Assembly (NCBI GenBank): GCA_964480705.1
Contig: CAYZPC010000004.1
Span: 387-64,386 of the forward strand
Length of the DNA: 64,000 bases
Source: an uncultured archaeon
GTDB lineage: Archaea; Iainarchaeota; Iainarchaeia; Iainarchaeales; VGJJ01
Direction: 5' to 3'
The notes under the pieces are model-generated. The model did no database searches and had not been told where the DNA came from. It saw nothing but the letters and a program-made list of their open reading frames with translations. The translations under genes and the position numbers were made by a program. Below, piece by piece: positions 37,929 through 46,538 of this stretch (positions are counted from its first letter, which is position 1; each line of letters starts with the position of its first letter).

Positions 37929-38543
37929 TTACGCGCCGCTCGCCAACATCGCCGCTAAAGCGGCACCGGCAATAATTCCGCCCAGCACAAACACAATGAG
38001 AAGGGGCAGTAGCACTACTACTACACTTTTCATCGTGTTCAATTTGTTAGCCACTGAAACTAAAATGACCATCAAATACATGGAGTAGAGGAACCACCCA
38101 AGATTAATGAGTGCACCAATCAAGGGAATAATTCCGAGAATGGAAACAATAATGTTGGCCACAATCATGGGAACCAACAGTTTTGCGCCCAAAAAATAAT
38201 TAGCTTCAAACGTTCCGGTGCCTCCTACTACTTTAGCCACCAAATACATGACGCCGTATCCAATGTAGCTTCCAATTAATGTCACGAGCGCCATGACAAT
38301 GGGCATAATGATCACGGCTAACAAGCCGAGTCCGGCAATCAAACCAAAAACCAAATTATTCTGCGCCGCATTTCCAGCCACTGCACCAATGATGCCACCC
38401 AACACGGCGACACCCACACCCAACAATAAACCAATAATGGCACCATAAATAGCAAAACGCTTGTGCGCCCATTCCATATTCGTCTTTTTCACTTCGCTCC
38501 CCATTTTTTCGCGGGGGTGAAGAATAATCTCAAACAGTTCCAT
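37929..38543 (-). CDS. polytopic membrane protein (Yip1-like?), hypothetical
   Basis: 204 aa, 5 predicted TM helices. Confidence 0.45.
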   Translation of the reverse strand: MELFEIILHPREKMGSEVKKTNMEWAHKRFAIYGAIIGLLLGVGVAVLGGIIGAVAGNAAQNNLVFGLIAGLGLLAVIIMPIVMALVTLIGSYIGYGVMYLVAKVVGGTGTFEANYFLGAKLLVPMIVANIIVSILGIIPLIGALINLGWFLYSMYLMVILVSVANKLNTMKSVVVVLLPLLIVFVLGGIIAGAALAAMLASGA

Positions 38544-38686
38544 GCAACCCTCTCCTTGTCTGTGTAGACAAAAACATACGCACCAAGCCAGTATTTAAAG
38601 GAAAAGACTCCCCAAGCATTGGAGAAAGGTGATTATACATCGAGATTCCACGAGTAGCATTAGACACCAACATCCTCCTCGACGCC

Positions 38687-39019
38687 GTGCGGCTGAAAAT
38701 ACGCGTGGTAGAGGACATTCGCACGCTGGTTGGAAACTGCACCCTGGTGGTGCCCATCCAAGTGAAGCAGGAATTGCAAACACTCTCCATTGAAAAAGGA
38801 AAAAATGGCCTGGCCGCGCGAATTGCCCTGGAAACACTTTCCCAAAATGGGATCAAAACCGTTTCCGCCAGTGGAGAAGGGGGAGACCAAGCCCTGCTGG
38901 ATTTGGCTCAAAAAGGCTATATTGTGGCAACCAATGACCGAGGGCTCCGCCAAAGCCTTAAAAATACTCCCCAGCGAGTCATTGTGATACGCCAGTCCAA
39001 ATACGTGGCCTGGTTATAA
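38687..39019 (+). CDS. PIN-domain protein, N-terminus uncertain
   Basis: The in-frame upstream translation ALDTNILLDAV (PIN motif 1) lies before the first canonical start (GTG at 38687); …IVATNDRGLRQSL later; usual PIN position upstream of rpoE. Confidence 0.5.
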   Translation: MRLKIRVVEDIRTLVGNCTLVVPIQVKQELQTLSIEKGKNGLAARIALETLSQNGIKTVSASGEGGDQALLDLAQKGYIVATNDRGLRQSLKNTPQRVIVIRQSKYVAWL

Positions 39020-39050
39020 TGCATTTAACCGCCAAAACAGGGGTCAAACC

Positions 39051-39644
39051 ATGTACACGCTTGCTACGATTCGAGACACCATCCGCGTTCCGCCCAACAA
39101 ATTTTCAAGCGACTTGAACCAATCTATTCTAACGATTGTGCGAAGCGACTTGGAAGGACTCGTTGATTCGGATTTAGGCGTAGTCGTCGCGGTCACCGAA
39201 GCCAAGCGAAGAGGCGAAGGAAAAATTGTTCCCGGAGACGCTTCAGCCTATTTTGATTCTGAAATTACACTCTTGACATACAAGCCGCACGTCAATGAAA
39301 CGGTGGAAGGATTTATTTCCGAAGCCACTGAATTCGGCGCATTTTTGAAAACAGGCCCCGTTGAAGGATTAATTCACGTTTCACAAATTGCAGACGATTT
39401 CATTACATACGATGCTAAAGTCCCCGGATTCGTGGGACGCGACAGTAAACGCACCCTCAAAGTGGGCGACCAAGTCACGGCACGAATTGTCTCGGTGTCG
39501 ATGAAGAATACGATTCCCGATTCAAAGATTGGTTTAACGATGCGACAGCCCGGATTAGGAAAGAAAGAATGGGCCAAGCTCAAAAAAGTTGTTCGCGGAG
39601 AAAAGAAAGGAAAAGCCCCGCCTAAGGGAGGCGACTCCGAATGA
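39051..39644 (+). CDS. rpoE: DNA-directed RNA polymerase subunit E' (Rpo7)
   Basis: S1/OB architecture; …GFVGRDSKRTLKVGDQVTARIVSV…. Confidence 0.85.
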   Translation: MYTLATIRDTIRVPPNKFSSDLNQSILTIVRSDLEGLVDSDLGVVVAVTEAKRRGEGKIVPGDASAYFDSEITLLTYKPHVNETVEGFISEATEFGAFLKTGPVEGLIHVSQIADDFITYDAKVPGFVGRDSKRTLKVGDQVTARIVSVSMKNTIPDSKIGLTMRQPGLGKKEWAKLKKVVRGEKKGKAPPKGGDSE

Positions 39645-39835
39645 GTAAAGAAAAAGCCTGCCGCGCATGCCACAAGCTTTCCGAAGACGTGAAAGAATGC
39701 CCTGTGTGCAAGAGCACCGACTTGACAACGTTCTGGTCAGGATTTGTTTTGTTTGTCAACTCCGAAAAGAGTGAAATTGCTCAAAAAATGGGAATCAAGA
39801 CAAATGGAAAATACGCACTGCGCTTGAGCCGCTAA
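39641..39835 (+). CDS. spt4: transcription elongation factor Spt4 / RpoE''
   Basis: 64 aa zinc ribbon CRACHKL…CPVCKS; overlaps the rpoE stop. Confidence 0.75.
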   Translation: MSKEKACRACHKLSEDVKECPVCKSTDLTTFWSGFVLFVNSEKSEIAQKMGIKTNGKYALRLSR

Positions 39836-39852
39836 TCTCTGGGGGAACATGT

Positions 39853-40170
39853 ATGAGTATGGAAATCGAAATCGAAGGACGACACAAAAACAATTTGCTT
39901 CACCGCGAAGAAATAAACTTTGAAGTGTTGAATGTCAAAAAAACTCCCTCCCGAAAAGAAATCCGCTCCGCATTAGCCGGAAAATTGGGTGCGAATGAAG
40001 AATTAGTCATGATTGACGAAATCGACCACGAATTTGGAAGCATGCGCATCGTTGGATTTGCCAAACGATACGACTCCATTGAAGATTTGAAACGAATTGA
40101 GCCCACACACATGCGAAAACGCCACGGCGATGCCGACGAAAAAGCAGCCGTTGCTGCAAAGGGGGAATAA
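39853..40170 (+). CDS. rps24e: ribosomal protein S24e
   Basis: 105 aa; LLHREEINFEVL…TPSRKEIRSALA. Confidence 0.85.
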   Translation: MSMEIEIEGRHKNNLLHREEINFEVLNVKKTPSRKEIRSALAGKLGANEELVMIDEIDHEFGSMRIVGFAKRYDSIEDLKRIEPTHMRKRHGDADEKAAVAAKGE

Positions 40171-40173
40171 ATC

Positions 40174-40374
40174 ATGGCCGGAAAAGAAGCAGCCAAAAAA
40201 GGCAGTGCCGAAAAAAAATTCAGCAAATCAACCCTCTACGAAAGCAAGGGTGAACACGTTAAACGCATGCGAAAAGCCTGCCCCAAATGCGGACCGGGCG
40301 TTTTCCTCGCACAACATTCGACGCGAGAATCATGCGGAAACTGCGGGTTTAGCGAATGGAAAACCAAAGCGTAA
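40174..40374 (+). CDS. rps27ae: ribosomal protein S27ae
   Basis: 66 aa; C4 zinc ribbon CPKCGPG…CGNCG. Confidence 0.8.
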   Translation: MAGKEAAKKGSAEKKFSKSTLYESKGEHVKRMRKACPKCGPGVFLAQHSTRESCGNCGFSEWKTKA

Positions 40375-40418
40375 CGGCCTTTTTAGAAAAAAGCCCGGGG
40401 AAAAAAGGAGGGCATTGA

Positions 40419-40922
40419 TTGTATTTTCTTTCTCCCTCCTGGCTGATTATTCTCAGCATTATTGCCTATTTTGTCCTGAAAAAACCATTTGACAAACTAT
40501 TTGGAAACGTGAACGTGCACACGGACGTGCCACGAGGATTTTTCATTTTTTTTCAACTACTTCTGGTGGGCCTGCTCCTCGACAGCGTGTCGCGCACACT
40601 CGGAATTAACGACACGGCTCCCGTGGAAGTGTTCGCACAAACACTCTCCTCTCAACAATGGAGCGGGGCGCTGCAAATAATCATTAGTGCACTCGGAGAA
40701 GAATTATTTTTCAGGGGAATTATTTTCAACGTGCTGGGAAGCATTCCCTCCATTCTAATTTTTGGTGCGGCACACGCAGGATATGGCTCACTCGTACAAT
40801 TACTTGGAGCATTTGCCGCCGGATTCATCCTCATCCGCGCACGTGAACAATACGGGAGCATTTTCCCCGGCCTCCTGGGACACGCGTTATATAATCTCGC
40901 AGCGGTATTCGTGTTATTGTAA
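40419..40922 (+). CDS. CPBP-family (CAAX) intramembrane metalloprotease
   Basis: EELFFRG motif, FGAAHAGYG, conserved H (GHALYN). Confidence 0.65.
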   Translation: MYFLSPSWLIILSIIAYFVLKKPFDKLFGNVNVHTDVPRGFFIFFQLLLVGLLLDSVSRTLGINDTAPVEVFAQTLSSQQWSGALQIIISALGEELFFRGIIFNVLGSIPSILIFGAAHAGYGSLVQLLGAFAAGFILIRAREQYGSIFPGLLGHALYNLAAVFVLL

Positions 40923-40937
40923 AATCTCAACAAGGTA

Positions 40938-41927
40938 TTGAGGAAAAAAACCATGTACGCACTCGGAATTGAAAGCACCGCCCACACATTTGGAGTGGGA
41001 ATCGTGGATGACGCGTGCAACGTTCTCGCGAATGAAAAAATGGCATACACGCATCCAGACGCGGGAATTCATCCCCGCCTTGCTGCCGAATATCATCTTG
41101 CGAACGGGGGAAATGTTCTCCGCGCCGCACTCGAGAAAGCAAACCTAACCATGAAAGACATTGATGTAGTGGGGTTTGCACAAGGACCGGGATTAGGGCC
41201 GTGTTTGCGCGTGGGAGCAATTACCGCACGCTACCTTTCTTCACGCTACACTATTCCAATACTGGGCGTCAACCACTGCGTGGCACACGTTGAAATAGGA
41301 AAAGTCAAAACACCCGCACGTGATCCAGTAGTAGTGTACACGTCCGGGGCGAACACGCAAATTATCTCCGAAGAAAATGGAAAATATCGCGTGTTAGGCG
41401 AAACACTCGACATGGGAGTGGGAAACGCCCTCGACCAATTCGGACGAAAACTCGGATTAGGATTTCCTGCCGGTCCAGTCATTGACCAAAAATATTTCCT
41501 AGGGAAAAAATACATTCCGCTTCCTTATTCGGTAAAGGGAATGGACCTCGTTTTCGCCGGACTATTAACCGAGGCACAACGTCAAATAGGAAAACACGAT
41601 GTGGACGATTTGTGCTACTCCTTCATGCATACTGCATTCTGCATGGTAGCCGAAGTCACGGAGCGCGCACTCGCTCACGCGGAAAAAAAAGAAGTATTAG
41701 TCACGGGAGGAGTGGCCGCGTCTAAAGCACTCGCAACTATTCTCCAAAAACTCTGCGATGAAAGAGGAGCCACATTACACGTGGTGCCGCGCGCGTACGC
41801 CATGGACAATGGAGCGATGATCGCGTGGCAAACACTCATTGAACACCGTGGGGGGAGAAAACAAGCCATTTCGGAAACAAACGTGAACCAGCGCTTTCGC
41901 ACCGACCACGTGGATATTTTCTGGTAG
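40938..41927 (+). CDS. kae1: tRNA N6-adenosine threonylcarbamoyltransferase Kae1 (unfused)
   Basis: ALGIESTAHTFGVGIV…, HCVAH metal-binding motif, GGVAAS. Confidence 0.9.
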   Translation: MRKKTMYALGIESTAHTFGVGIVDDACNVLANEKMAYTHPDAGIHPRLAAEYHLANGGNVLRAALEKANLTMKDIDVVGFAQGPGLGPCLRVGAITARYLSSRYTIPILGVNHCVAHVEIGKVKTPARDPVVVYTSGANTQIISEENGKYRVLGETLDMGVGNALDQFGRKLGLGFPAGPVIDQKYFLGKKYIPLPYSVKGMDLVFAGLLTEAQRQIGKHDVDDLCYSFMHTAFCMVAEVTERALAHAEKKEVLVTGGVAASKALATILQKLCDERGATLHVVPRAYAMDNGAMIAWQTLIEHRGGRKQAISETNVNQRFRTDHVDIFW

Positions 41928-41946
41928 TTTTTTTTTTTTTTTTTTT
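41928..41946. terminator. T19 homopolymer between convergent genes (bidirectional T/A-tract terminator)
   Basis: 19 consecutive T starting right after the kae1 stop; A19 on the other strand after ribL. Confidence 0.5.
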
Positions 41947-41956
41947 AACTAATTTG

Positions 41957-42439
41957 TTAGTTGCTATTTTTTTCGTTCACGATGCGGGATTTCCATTTGG
42001 ATGACTTGTGAATATGCGGCGCATGGGAGGGTGCGCGAATAATGCTACAAATGAGTCCGCGCGCGGCCAACTTTTTTTGCAATTCTTTTTCATTCACCTT
42101 TTGATCATAACCCAAAACAATCAACTCAGGGCGTAACTGCACCACTTTGTCCAGAATGTCTCCTTTTCCACCTAATACCGCAGCATCCACTCCTTTTAGT
42201 GCGCGCACCATCTGCACACGGATGCGTTCTGGAAAAATGGGAGCGTGATGTTTGACGCGCTTCACCGTTGAATCGCGCGAAACAATCACTGTTAATTTTT
42301 TTCCATGTCGTTTTGCAAAATCCAAATAGCGAATGTGTCCCAAATGCAACACGTCAAATGTTCCTTGTGCTAACACGTGTGAAAATTTTGTTTGTTTGCG
42401 GGAATTTTGCATGGTTGCGCGTGTTTTCATGCAATTCAT
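41957..42439 (-). CDS. ribL: FAD synthetase (archaeal RibL, cytidylyltransferase-like)
   Basis: GTFDVLHLGHIRYL nucleotidyltransferase motif; 160 aa. Confidence 0.8.
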   Translation of the reverse strand: MNCMKTRATMQNSRKQTKFSHVLAQGTFDVLHLGHIRYLDFAKRHGKKLTVIVSRDSTVKRVKHHAPIFPERIRVQMVRALKGVDAAVLGGKGDILDKVVQLRPELIVLGYDQKVNEKELQKKLAARGLICSIIRAPSHAPHIHKSSKWKSRIVNEKNSN

Positions 42440-42514
42440 AATGTAGCAAACCTTTATATAGCACGAATTATTGACTGGACTAACAAATTATCTATCCATG
42501 GAGGATGATACCTA

Positions 42515-42715
42515 ATGGCACGAAGACGAAGACGCGCTGCAGCATCTACTGCACGCCGAACATCACGACGACGAACCGCTCGACGCAGTACCGCAAAAAC
42601 GGCACGACGATCAACTGCTCGCCGACGAACCGCACGCCGAGCAACCACTGCCCGACGCAGCACATCTCGACGAACAAGCACGCGACGCCGCGCGCGACGA
42701 AGCCGAAGAGCATAA
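42515..42715 (+). CDS. 66-aa arginine-rich repeat protein (RRSTARR/TARR units), possibly nucleic-acid binding
   Basis: ATG with SD GGAGG 10 nt upstream; 25 Arg in 66 aa; downstream imperfect hairpin + T-tracts; the mirror ORF on the − strand was rejected. Confidence 0.4.
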   Translation: MARRRRRAAASTARRTSRRRTARRSTAKTARRSTARRRTARRATTARRSTSRRTSTRRRARRSRRA

Positions 42716-42755
42716 TTTTGAGAATGGGCCCCTAGCGGCCATTCTTATTCTTTTT

Positions 42756-43055
42756 TTATACCAACTTTTTTTTGCGATTTAGACGACGAGCCACTCTAAA
42801 CGGGCGCGTCTGGCGATGAACCCAAATAGCCATTCCCACTAGGATAAGGAAAGCCGTCACGTTCCACGGAAAAGCCACCACATTCCAGTCGGGGTCCAAG
42901 TAAATAGCAATGGCTGCCGCAATTCCCACCGAAAGAATAATCTCAACCAGGCTCAACAAGGGAATGCGATAATCGGATTTCCACTGCCCCCACTTAAACC
43001 TAAAAATGGCTCTCCATGAAACATTCTCTCTGGAAAATGATTTGCTCTGCTTCAT
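42756..43055 (-). CDS. small 2-TM membrane protein, hypothetical
   Basis: Start MKQSKS… overlaps the stop of the upstream gene (ATGA). Confidence 0.4.
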   Translation of the reverse strand: MKQSKSFSRENVSWRAIFRFKWGQWKSDYRIPLLSLVEIILSVGIAAAIAIYLDPDWNVVAFPWNVTAFLILVGMAIWVHRQTRPFRVARRLNRKKKLV

Positions 43056-44875
43056 CACGGACACGCATCCCGAATAATATGGTTGAAAATATTGTCGCAT
43101 AACTCCGGTCCATTCGACGCCCCGGCTAAATAATCCCAGCACGTGTCGCGGGCAAGTCGGGCTTCATTCATGTCCTCAACAGGTTTCATTGGAATCGTCC
43201 CACAAATGGTCAAATTAGGAATTTTGTATCCCACTTTTGCGTAACACAATCCTTTTTCTTGCTGCGCGGGAATATACGCACACGCTGCCAATGAAAGCGT
43301 TACTTCCGCAACATCCGTGATACAATCATACTGCGTCACCAGGTTAGTGGTTATTTTGGTGCAATACTGCCAGTCTCCCAGCGATTTTGCCAACGCAAGG
43401 ACGCAGGGTTCTTTCATTTCTTTGTTAATTACTTTTTCACACAAGGCTTTCTGCTTCAAACTAATTGCCAAATCCGAATAACATTGGTCGCGTCCTAGGA
43501 CGTTAGTGATTGCTTCACACGCTGACGCATTTCCGGAAGCCGCTGCGACTTGCCCCACGCACGCGTCGCGGGTGGATTTATCTAAAATAGATTGACACAC
43601 AACCTCATTTTTTGTTTTAGTGGCAATCGACAAATAACAATTGTCCTTTGACGTGTCATTGGTGATTTCTCCACATCCTTGCGCATTCAACGCGGCTGTG
43701 CTCACGGTAAAATAACACGTATTCTTAGCATCCGGTGCATCCACGTTTGCGCAGAGCGTTGTTTGATTGGTGTCCAATGCAACGGTGGCGAAGCATTTGT
43801 CGGCATACGCAAATGATTCTGTGACAATGTTCAATTCTCCGCAAACAACAGAGTTGTGCGTCTGAATCGCCACTCCCAAAATACAACTCTCGCGCGCCAC
43901 ACCAGAAAGAATGTAACACGCTTCCTTCGTGCCCTTTCCCGCGACTACATCCGTGTAGCAGGTTTGGCGTTTCTCTTCTTCTTCAATTTTATTGCAAATA
44001 TTTTCATCCTTAATGCTTTTGGCAACTGCTGCAAAACAGTCATCTCTTTTTTCCAAATTAAGAATGCCGCTGCACAAATCAACCTGCTTATTGTTTACGG
44101 CTAAACTTTTCAAACAATCATCTTTCTTAGCCAAATCATTCAAACTCGCACACGAGTTGCTCGCTGCAGCCGCTGCCAACGCTTGCGACAAGCAAGATGC
44201 GCGAATGGCCTGCGTCGAAATAGCATTACACAATGATGCATTGGCCTGTGCAATAGCCACTTTCAACACACAATCTTCGCGTGACACGGAATCTGAAATA
44301 CGCAAGCAAGCGGCACTACTCTTAGCCTGCACGGCCGTGAGAATAAAACAATCCTCTCGCTTCTCTTCAGACGTAATCAGTTCACACACTTCGGGGCTGG
44401 ATGCTGCCTGTGCTAATTCCGTGAAACAATCGGTCTGCGCCGTATTCGTCAAATAACAAAATGCTTCATTCTTCTGAATGCGTGCCGCGTTACGGTAGCA
44501 ATCTTCCTGCGCAGCCGTGTCCGTTATTGCAGAGCATGAATCCACTTGGTTGAATGCCCCTGGCGCGGCATCGGCACAACTGTGCTGTGCACTATCATTC
44601 TGAATGAGCAAGCACACTAACCCATCTTTGGTTGCAAGTGCAACGCCGCGAATACAATCATCTTTGGTGTTTGCGGCAATGATGTGATTGCAAATTCCCT
44701 CATCTTTTTGGGCGAGTGCCGCGTCGCGGTAACAATTATCCTGCGACACCGTGTCGGTGAGAGCGATGCATGAAACAGTGTTGGCTCCCGCATTTGGGTC
44801 CAAAAAAATCTGGTCGATACACCCCGATGCGAAAATGATAATCAGAATAGGGATGAGGGTAGTGGGTTGCATCAT
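43055..44875 (-). CDS. secreted Cys-rich tandem-repeat protein (606 aa; ~30 units of ~18–19 aa)
   Basis: Signal peptide MMQPTTLIPILIIIFASGC; repeating C-x2-I-x5-7-(R/K)(D/E)xC-x4-(V/L)A units; >60 Cys. Confidence 0.7.
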   Translation of the reverse strand: MMQPTTLIPILIIIFASGCIDQIFLDPNAGANTVSCIALTDTVSQDNCYRDAALAQKDEGICNHIIAANTKDDCIRGVALATKDGLVCLLIQNDSAQHSCADAAPGAFNQVDSCSAITDTAAQEDCYRNAARIQKNEAFCYLTNTAQTDCFTELAQAASSPEVCELITSEEKREDCFILTAVQAKSSAACLRISDSVSREDCVLKVAIAQANASLCNAISTQAIRASCLSQALAAAAASNSCASLNDLAKKDDCLKSLAVNNKQVDLCSGILNLEKRDDCFAAVAKSIKDENICNKIEEEEKRQTCYTDVVAGKGTKEACYILSGVARESCILGVAIQTHNSVVCGELNIVTESFAYADKCFATVALDTNQTTLCANVDAPDAKNTCYFTVSTAALNAQGCGEITNDTSKDNCYLSIATKTKNEVVCQSILDKSTRDACVGQVAAASGNASACEAITNVLGRDQCYSDLAISLKQKALCEKVINKEMKEPCVLALAKSLGDWQYCTKITTNLVTQYDCITDVAEVTLSLAACAYIPAQQEKGLCYAKVGYKIPNLTICGTIPMKPVEDMNEARLARDTCWDYLAGASNGPELCDNIFNHIIRDACP

Positions 44876-44920
44876 AGCCCATCGGCAAAGGGCTATTTAA
44901 GGGTGCATTTTGGCGTTTTT

Positions 44921-45439
44921 TTAGACCGCGAGAATAGCAATCAACCCCACTCCCACCAAACGGAAAAGTATCGTTTGATTCGCCAGCCAAATGAGTGCGG
45001 ACGTGAGGATGGCAATCGGCCACGTGAGGACATACCCAGCTAGCTTGATTAATTTGCTCCCCATTGAAAGATTGCCTGAAGCGGTTTCACTAAAACGACG
45101 GGAAATAGCCGTGGGAATGTTGGTTGCGTCGGTCGTAGACGGAATGGCATGAAAGCCAATGGAGATGGCGAGCCAAAATAACACTGCTGCCAGCAAACTG
45201 TTTGTTTCTCCTGCTTGGTTAGCTGCTTGAAAAAATAAAAAACTCAAAATAGTTCCCGCCGCGAGAGGAGCAAACGCAATCATCCATGCATTGCGCGCGT
45301 TGGTGGGATCGTGCACCACCACTCCAGAGTTTGAACGCACGTGCACGCGATGCACTTTCACATTTCCTATTACGCACGCGAGGGCATGTGCTCCTTCGTG
45401 CACCCACACGCCTGGAAAAAAAATGCTCAGGGTGTTCAT
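44921..45439 (-). CDS. membrane protein with an HExxH zinc-metalloprotease motif
   Basis: VWVHEGAHALA near the N-terminus, then 4 TM helices. Confidence 0.45.
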   Translation of the reverse strand: MNTLSIFFPGVWVHEGAHALACVIGNVKVHRVHVRSNSGVVVHDPTNARNAWMIAFAPLAAGTILSFLFFQAANQAGETNSLLAAVLFWLAISIGFHAIPSTTDATNIPTAISRRFSETASGNLSMGSKLIKLAGYVLTWPIAILTSALIWLANQTILFRLVGVGLIAILAV

Positions 45440-45442
45440 TCA

Positions 45443-45904
45443 TCATCGCCGCTCTTTGAGCAAGGGTTTGTTCTCGTCTACTTCCATTCCAAATGCTTTG
45501 TCAATCTCTCGCGCGGTTTCCTGCATGCGCATGAAAATACGTTTGATATCTTCCTCCACTTCCTGCACCGTTCGCACCATACTTCGCGAGCGCGCAAAAT
45601 AATTTCGTCCTTGCTTTACTACTAAACCGGATAATTGTAAATTATTCAAGTGATGAATCACCGCGCCGCGGGAAAGTTGTATTTTTTCTGCAATATCCGT
45701 GGAAGAAATTCCTTTTCCATCTTCGGTTGCTTTTACAATAATTTTGAAAATATCTAAGGTGGCCTTGTCCTTGTTCACGGGACTCAAACCTAGTGATTGG
45801 CACAACCACTCCATTTCTTGTTCGGTATTTCTCTCGAAAGGGGGGTCGATGCGGCGGATTACTATTCTAAACGTGGTGCGGCGAATGCCATCCATACCCT
45901 GCAT
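45443..45904 (-). CDS. winged-helix transcriptional regulator, divergent from grpE
   Basis: HTH ISSTDIAEKIQLSRGAVIHHLNNLQLSGLVVKQGRNYFA (ArsR/Phr-like); start taken at an internal Met. Confidence 0.5.
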   Translation of the reverse strand: MQGMDGIRRTTFRIVIRRIDPPFERNTEQEMEWLCQSLGLSPVNKDKATLDIFKIIVKATEDGKGISSTDIAEKIQLSRGAVIHHLNNLQLSGLVVKQGRNYFARSRSMVRTVQEVEEDIKRIFMRMQETAREIDKAFGMEVDENKPLLKERR

Positions 45905-45970
45905 GGACACCAATACCCTTAAAAAAGGAATGATTGGAAAAGACAGTATATGTCTAAAATTATTAGACAA

Positions 45971-46538
45971 AATGGTGTTTAATATGTTCAAAACCCCCGA
46001 AAAAGCCCATTTGCCGCCCACGGAAGGAGCGTCTCCCGCCGAGGAAAAGGTGCGCGAACTCACGGAGACTGTGCAGCGCGTCCAAGCGGATTTCGAAAAT
46101 TACCGTAAACGCGCTCAAAATGAGCAGACCATCACCTATTTGCGCGGCAAGGCCGCGGCGTTGAAAGACATGTTAAGCATCATCGACACGCTCGATTCGG
46201 CGATAAGCAAAGAAAAAGATGGCACGCGCCACGCGCTAGAAAACATTCGCACGCACATGCTGCACATTCTATCGCAGAGCGGAGTGAAACCCATTCACAC
46301 GGTTGGAAAAATTTTCGACCCTTTCACGAGCGAATGCTTGATGCAGGGAAACGATCCCACCAAAAATGAAGATATTGTATTGGACGAAATGCAGCGCGGA
46401 TATTATTTTCACGAAGACGTTTTACGACCGGCGAAAGTGAAAGTAAACAAACGCCGCGAAGAAGAAAATGAAAATGAAAACAAAATGAATAATGATAATC
46501 AATCAAACAATACTACCGGAGGAATCAACCATGAGTAA
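45971..46538 (+). CDS. grpE: nucleotide exchange factor GrpE
   Basis: [16 protein letters not shown]…, C-terminal β domain; start at ATG 45971 to avoid the regulator on the other strand. Confidence 0.8.

Noticed and set aside
42454-42681. Minus-strand 75-aa Arg-rich ORF
   Set aside because: It is the mirror image of the plus-strand Arg-repeat ORF, produced by the same nucleotide repeat; the plus strand has ATG + SD, so only one was kept (and that at low confidence)
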